NCBI GenBank assembly: GCA_963770565.1
Contig: CAVYQE010000011.1
Coordinates: 896,001 to 960,000, forward strand
DNA length: 64,000 nucleotides
Direction: 5' to 3'
Source of the DNA: an uncultured Actinomycetota bacterium
GTDB lineage: Bacteria; Actinomycetota; Actinomycetes; JAFAQI01
A model generated the notes under the pieces. That model was given only the letters and a program-made list of their open reading frames with translations, searched no databases and had not been told where the DNA came from. Positions 59,998-64,000 of the stretch are shown here, in pieces (the first letter of the stretch is position 1; the number at the start of each line of letters is the position of its first letter). A program made the position numbers and the translations under genes.

Positions 59998-60467
59998 GTG
60001 GTCGCGGCGATGTCGGCGGGTGCGCCAGACGTCAGGCGGAGCAGCTCGTCGTACGTCGTGGGAAACACCGCGTGCGGTGTCCCCGCCGACGCCCACAGCA
60101 CCGAGAAGGACTGCAGGTGGGTGTCGATGACGGTGGTCAACGGTCCGGGATGGGCGAGCGGCGCGACGCCGCCGATCGGGAAGCCGGACGCGGCCCGGAC
60201 CAGGTCCGCGTCCGCCCGGCGCACTCGCTCTACGCCGAGCAGCTGAGCCACCGCGTCGGTGTCGACCTGGTGGTCGCCGCTCGCGAGCACCAGGACCGGG
60301 CGGTCGTCGGCGGCGAAGATCAGCGACTTGACGATGGCGCCGACCGGGACACCGAGGGCGGCGGCTGCGTCGGCGGCGCTGCGGGCGGAGTCGTCGAGCT
60401 CCCGGACCGTACCGGTCGCGCCGCCCGCGCGGAGCGCGGCCGCCACTCGCTCGGCATTCGCGTGCAC
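59994..60467 (-). CDS. YbaK/EbsC aminoacyl-tRNA deacylase family protein
   Basis: IVKSLIF, GFPIGGVAP, AGTPHAVF. Confidence 0.94.
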   Translation of the reverse strand: MHANAERVAAALRAGGATGTVRELDDSARSAADAAAALGVPVGAIVKSLIFAADDRPVLVLASGDHQVDTDAVAQLLGVERVRRADADLVRAASGFPIGGVAPLAHPGPLTTVIDTHLQSFSVLWASAGTPHAVFPTTYDELLRLTSGAPADIAATT

Positions 60468-60510
60468 GACGCGGACGCTACTTCACCGGGGTAACCAACC
60501 CCGGACACGC

Positions 60511-60542
60511 TTGACCTGGAGCCTGATCGAACGTATGTTCGA
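60511..60542 (+). promoter_or_regulatory. Perfect LexA box overlapping a sigma-A promoter
   Basis: TCGAAC-GTAT-GTTCGA at 60527-60542; TTGACC-N17-TATGTT-N6-ATG. Confidence 0.92.
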
Positions 60543-60545
60543 GAC

Positions 60546-60989
60546 ATGAGCATGGCAACGGCAACGGCGACGCTGGCCCCGCACCGGGCTCCGCCTGAGG
60601 CGGTCCGGCTGGTCCTGGCTGCCCGCCGTGCGCTGGCAGACGCGGACGGCTCGCGGGATCCGCTCGAGCGCTACGCAGGCGCGCACCTGGCCGCGCTCCG
60701 GGCGGCTGCCGCGGTGCTGGCGGCCCGGGCCCAGCCCGGCGGCACCAAGCCGCGGCGCCCGACCAGCGCCTGGTCGCTGCTCGTCGTGGTCGCGCCCGAG
60801 CTCGAACCCTGGGCGGCCTACTTCGCGGCCGGGGCACGCACCAGGGCCGCGGCCGAGGCCGGCCTGCGGGGATCGGTGACGACCCGGCAGGCCGACGATC
60901 TCGTCCGCGACGTCGGGACCTTCGTCGGATTGGTCGAGACCATGCTCGGGATGCTCTCGCTCGACGGCCTCGCGCTTGGCGCGTATTGA
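60546..60989 (+). CDS. SAV_6107-like HEPN domain protein
   Basis: RYAGAHLAALRAAAAVLA, SAWSLL..VAPEL..WA.YF, ADDLVRD. Confidence 0.9.
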   Translation: MSMATATATLAPHRAPPEAVRLVLAARRALADADGSRDPLERYAGAHLAALRAAAAVLAARAQPGGTKPRRPTSAWSLLVVVAPELEPWAAYFAAGARTRAAAEAGLRGSVTTRQADDLVRDVGTFVGLVETMLGMLSLDGLALGAY

Positions 60990-61069
60990 TGCAGTGCTTG
61001 GCGGGTATTGATGCAGCGCTTGGCGGGTATTGATGCAGCGCTTGGCGCGTACTGATGCAGCGCTGGCGG
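60974..61069. repeat. 22-bp tandem repeat GCTTGGCGGGTATTGATGCAGC, about 4.4 copies
   Basis: Units start at 60974, 60996, 61018 and 61040, with a partial at 61062; no spacers. Confidence 0.95.
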
Positions 61070-61114
61070 TGCATTGACATGGCGGCTGTCCGGCCTCGCC
61101 AATAGGCTCCGGTC

Positions 61115-61867
61115 ATGCCACTCGATCAGGTCCGCCCGCGCAGCGCGGTGCGGACCGCGGTCGTGTGGGAAATGCTGCGCACCGCCCTGGCCGAGCTGGC
61201 CGCCGAGTCCGACCTCATCCGGGTGCTCGACATCGGCGGCGGCACCGGAGGGTTCGCGGTGCCGCTGGCCGAGCTCGGCTACCCGGTCACGGTCGTGGAC
61301 CCGAGCCCGGACGCGTTGGCAACGCTCGAGCGACGGGCGGCCGAAACCGGCACGACCACCCTGGTCCAGGGCGTGCAGGGAGACGCCCACGGCCTGGTCG
61401 ACCTGCTCGGCCCCGACAGCGTTGACGCCGTGATCTGCCACAGCGTGCTGGAAGTGGTCGACGATCCAGCCGATGCGCTCGCATCGATCGCCGCCGTGGT
61501 CCGGCCGGGCGGTTTCGTTAGCGTGCTCGCCGCCAACCGGATTGCCGCGGTCATGGCGAGGGTGGCGGCCGGCCGGTTGGCCGAGGCCCGCCAGCTGCTC
61601 GCCGACCCGCACGGCTGTGCCGGCGCCGGCGATCCGCTGCTCCGCCGGTTCTCCTTGGTCGAGCTCGAGGCGCTGATCGCCGCGAGCGGGCTGCGGACCC
61701 GGGTCTCGCACGGAGTACGAGTCTTCGCCGACGTCGCGCCCGCGGTGCTGCTCGACATCGACCCGCGAGCGGTCGACGACCTGATCGCCCTCGAGCACGC
61801 CGCGGCCGACGATCCGGCGTACGCCACCATCGCCACGATGCTGCACGTGCTCGCCGACCTGCCGTGA
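61115..61867 (+). CDS. Class I SAM-dependent methyltransferase
   Basis: VLDIGGGTG, CHSVLE, VRPGG. Confidence 0.93.
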   Translation: MPLDQVRPRSAVRTAVVWEMLRTALAELAAESDLIRVLDIGGGTGGFAVPLAELGYPVTVVDPSPDALATLERRAAETGTTTLVQGVQGDAHGLVDLLGPDSVDAVICHSVLEVVDDPADALASIAAVVRPGGFVSVLAANRIAAVMARVAAGRLAEARQLLADPHGCAGAGDPLLRRFSLVELEALIAASGLRTRVSHGVRVFADVAPAVLLDIDPRAVDDLIALEHAAADDPAYATIATMLHVLADLP

Positions 61868-63117
61868 GCCGTCGACAGCTCGAACGCGAGGCGGTCAAAC
61901 CCGACCTGGCCGGCGACGACTCCGGCTGCACCGTCCTGCACGTCGACATGGACGCGTTCTTTGCCAGCGTCGAGCTTCGGAGCCGGCCGGAGCTGAAGGG
62001 CAAGCCGCTCGTCGTCGGCGGCCTCGGCTCCCGATCGGTCGTGCTGGCGGCGACGTACGAAGCACGAACGTTCGGCATTCACAGCGCGATGCCGATGGGG
62101 CGAGCCCGGCGGTTGTGCCCGTCGTTGCTGGTGATCGAGCCGACCCGGGGGAGCTACGAGCAGGCCTCACACGGGGTGATGGAGCTGTTCCGTTCGATCA
62201 CCCCGATCGTGGAGCCGCTGTCGCTCGACGAGGCCTTTCTCGACGTCGCCGGCGCGATCCGCCGGCTCGGCAGCCCGCGGCAGATCGCCGAGCTGATCAG
62301 GGCGAGGGTGGCCGACGAGCAGGGCTTGCCGTGCTCGGTCGGGGTGGCGAGCACCAAGTTCATTGCCAAGCTGGCGTCGTCCAGGGCCAAGCCGGACGGG
62401 CTGCTTGTGGTGCCGCGGGAGTCGGTGGTGCAGTTCCTGCACCCGCTGCCGATCGGCGCGCTGTGGGGGGTCGGCGAGCGCACCGAGGAGACGCTGACCC
62501 GGCTGGGGATGCATCGGATCGGTGACATCGCGGCCACCCCCGAGTCGACGCTGATCGCCGCGGTCGGTCAGGCCGCCGGCTCCCATCTGTACGCCCTGTC
62601 ATGGGGGCGCGACGAGCGCAGCGTGACCCCGAACGAGCCCGAGCGAAGCATCGGTGCCGAAGAGACCTTCGCCCGCGACCTCGGCGATGCCGAGGAGATC
62701 CACCGCGAGCTGCTCCGGCTCTCGGAGCGGGGCGCGGCCCGGCTGCGGGCCACCGGTCAGGTCGGGCGGACCGTGAGCATCAAGGTGCGGTTCGCCGACT
62801 TCAAGACGATCACCAGGTCGCGCACGCTGGGCGAGCCGACCGACGTGTCCCGGGTGGTCTACGACACCGCGTGTGGGCTGTTCGACGCGATCGAGCGCCA
62901 TGGCGCGCTGATTCGCCTGGTCGGCGTACGGATCGAGGGGTTGCGGGCCGCCTCGGAGGCGCCGCACCAGCTTGATTTGGCGGGTGACGTCGAGGACTGG
63001 CGGGCCGCCGATGCAGCGGTCGACCTGGCGGTGGCGAAGTTCGGTCACGGTGCCGTCCGGCCCGCGGCACTGGTCAAGCGGGACAGTGCGGCCGGGCGGA
63101 CCCGAAACCAGCCTTGA
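61864..63117 (+). CDS. dinB: DNA polymerase IV
   Basis: HVDMDAFFASVE, YEAR, SLDEAF, AKLAS..KPDG. Confidence 0.97.
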   Translation: MSRRQLEREAVKPDLAGDDSGCTVLHVDMDAFFASVELRSRPELKGKPLVVGGLGSRSVVLAATYEARTFGIHSAMPMGRARRLCPSLLVIEPTRGSYEQASHGVMELFRSITPIVEPLSLDEAFLDVAGAIRRLGSPRQIAELIRARVADEQGLPCSVGVASTKFIAKLASSRAKPDGLLVVPRESVVQFLHPLPIGALWGVGERTEETLTRLGMHRIGDIAATPESTLIAAVGQAAGSHLYALSWGRDERSVTPNEPERSIGAEETFARDLGDAEEIHRELLRLSERGAARLRATGQVGRTVSIKVRFADFKTITRSRTLGEPTDVSRVVYDTACGLFDAIERHGALIRLVGVRIEGLRAASEAPHQLDLAGDVEDWRAADAAVDLAVAKFGHGAVRPAALVKRDSAAGRTRNQP

Positions 63118-63232
63118 CAAGTTCTCCGGGTTACTGGCCGAGGCCCGCGCGCCGACCGTATCCTGAAGAGCACGCTCCCTCGTCCTGAGGTCGCGTCTCG
63201 CGCCGTGGTGTGAGGTGTCCGTAGGAGGCGTC

Positions 63233-63625
63233 GTGCCGCTCTCTGAGCACGAGCAACGCTTGCTCGAGCAGATCGAGCAGGCGCTGTACGCCGAGGACCC
63301 CAAGTTCGCGAGCATCTACCAGGGCAACGACATTCGTAGCCACTACCGGCGCCGGGTCATTCGAGCGGTGATCGGGCTCGTCATCGGCCTCGGGCTTCTG
63401 CTCGCCGGAGTCGTGATCCCGCTCATCCCGCTGGGCGTGGCCGGCTTCATCGTGATGCTGGCCGCGGTCTCCTTCGGGGTGGCGTCGTGGCAACGAATGA
63501 CCGGACACCGCAAGACCGCCGCGCCCGACGGTGCGGCGTCGCGCCGCGCCACGGATCGGGCGCCGCGGCGCTCGGTGGTCCAGCGGCTCGAGGACCGCTG
63601 GCAGCGTCGGCAAGACGAGCGCTAG
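63233..63625 (+). CDS. DUF3040 membrane protein
   Basis: MPLSEHEQRLLEQIEQALYAEDPKFA plus two TMs. Confidence 0.93.
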   Translation: MPLSEHEQRLLEQIEQALYAEDPKFASIYQGNDIRSHYRRRVIRAVIGLVIGLGLLLAGVVIPLIPLGVAGFIVMLAAVSFGVASWQRMTGHRKTAAPDGAASRRATDRAPRRSVVQRLEDRWQRRQDER

Positions 63626-63660
63626 CCGGCTAGTTACTCGCTCGATCCGCCCGGCCGGTG

Positions 63661-64000
63661 TTACGGCCTGGCGTTTGCGGGCAGGGTGCTCGGCCGGCGC
63701 CATCCGGACGTCCGCATGGTTCGCCGGACCCGGCCCGCGATCGCGCTGAGCCAGTCGAGGACCGACCCGAGCCGGGCGAGTGTGGCTCGCAAGACAAGCA
63801 ACGTGGACCGGGGCATCGCCAACGCGACCAGCCGTTGAGGTCCGCTCCGCTGCGCGATCGCCGCCGAGCGCACCAGGGCGACGTCGAGCCGCAGATCGGC
63901 CCCGCCGCTCGGCCGGTTGGGGGCGTAGCGCGCGTGCTCCTCGCAGCGCGCGAGCCGCTCCATCGCGGCCCGGGTCTCCTCGTCCGGCCGGACGCTGGCG
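63661..64000 (-). CDS. C-terminal fragment of a probable transglutaminase-domain membrane protein (partial)
   Basis: RLARCEEHARYA...AMPRS; frame open to the right edge; assignment relies on the usual gene order next to DUF3040. Confidence 0.6.
   Translation of the reverse strand, partial: ASVRPDEETRAAMERLARCEEHARYAPNRPSGGADLRLDVALVRSAAIAQRSGPQRLVALAMPRSTLLVLRATLARLGSVLDWLSAIAGRVRRTMRTSGWRRPSTLPANARP

Noticed and set aside
60974-61069. Possible CRISPR array
   Set aside because: Units are contiguous with no unique spacers, and there are no cas genes; the same applies to the arrays at 9067 and 20229
61074-61108. TTGACA as the -35 for the methyltransferase promoter
   Set aside because: Spacing to TAGGCT is 23 bp, too long for a sigma-A promoter

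Overview
High-GC actinobacterial chromosome segment (Frankiales/Acidothermus/Streptomyces-like gene order; taxon is inference). It is mostly core genome: ctaE-qcrCAB, trpD, a DnaQ/UvrC-like exonuclease, a c-di-AMP riboswitch with NlpC/P60, sepH, pimB-like GT4, fadD, glk, arcC, plsC, glpK, pfkA, two DAHP synthases, nfo, a PASTA kinase, a TPP riboswitch with thiOSG, thiE, carotenoid genes (crtE/I/B, two lycopene-cyclase subunits, crtO-like), metF and dinB. No tRNA, rRNA, CRISPR or transposase was found. The most interesting signals are non-coding or tiny: (1) a Trp/Phe/Tyr leader-peptide attenuator (MTRWFFCYY...) in front of aroF; (2) two related 'MSEYRSEA' mini-ORFs that bridge stop and start codons inside operons (MIRU-like translational couplers); (3) back-to-back PafBC-type promoters and two LexA-box promoters of identical geometry, outlining a DNA-damage regulon; (4) MtrA-like 9-bp direct repeats shared by two cell-wall hydrolase genes; (5) intergenic 31-bp and 22-bp periodic repeat elements; (6) a sigma/zinc-anti-sigma/TM fusion protein. 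Four genes carry frameshifts, all +1 insertions, which are most likely sequencing or assembly errors. All product calls come from motif recognition by eye; no database searches were run.
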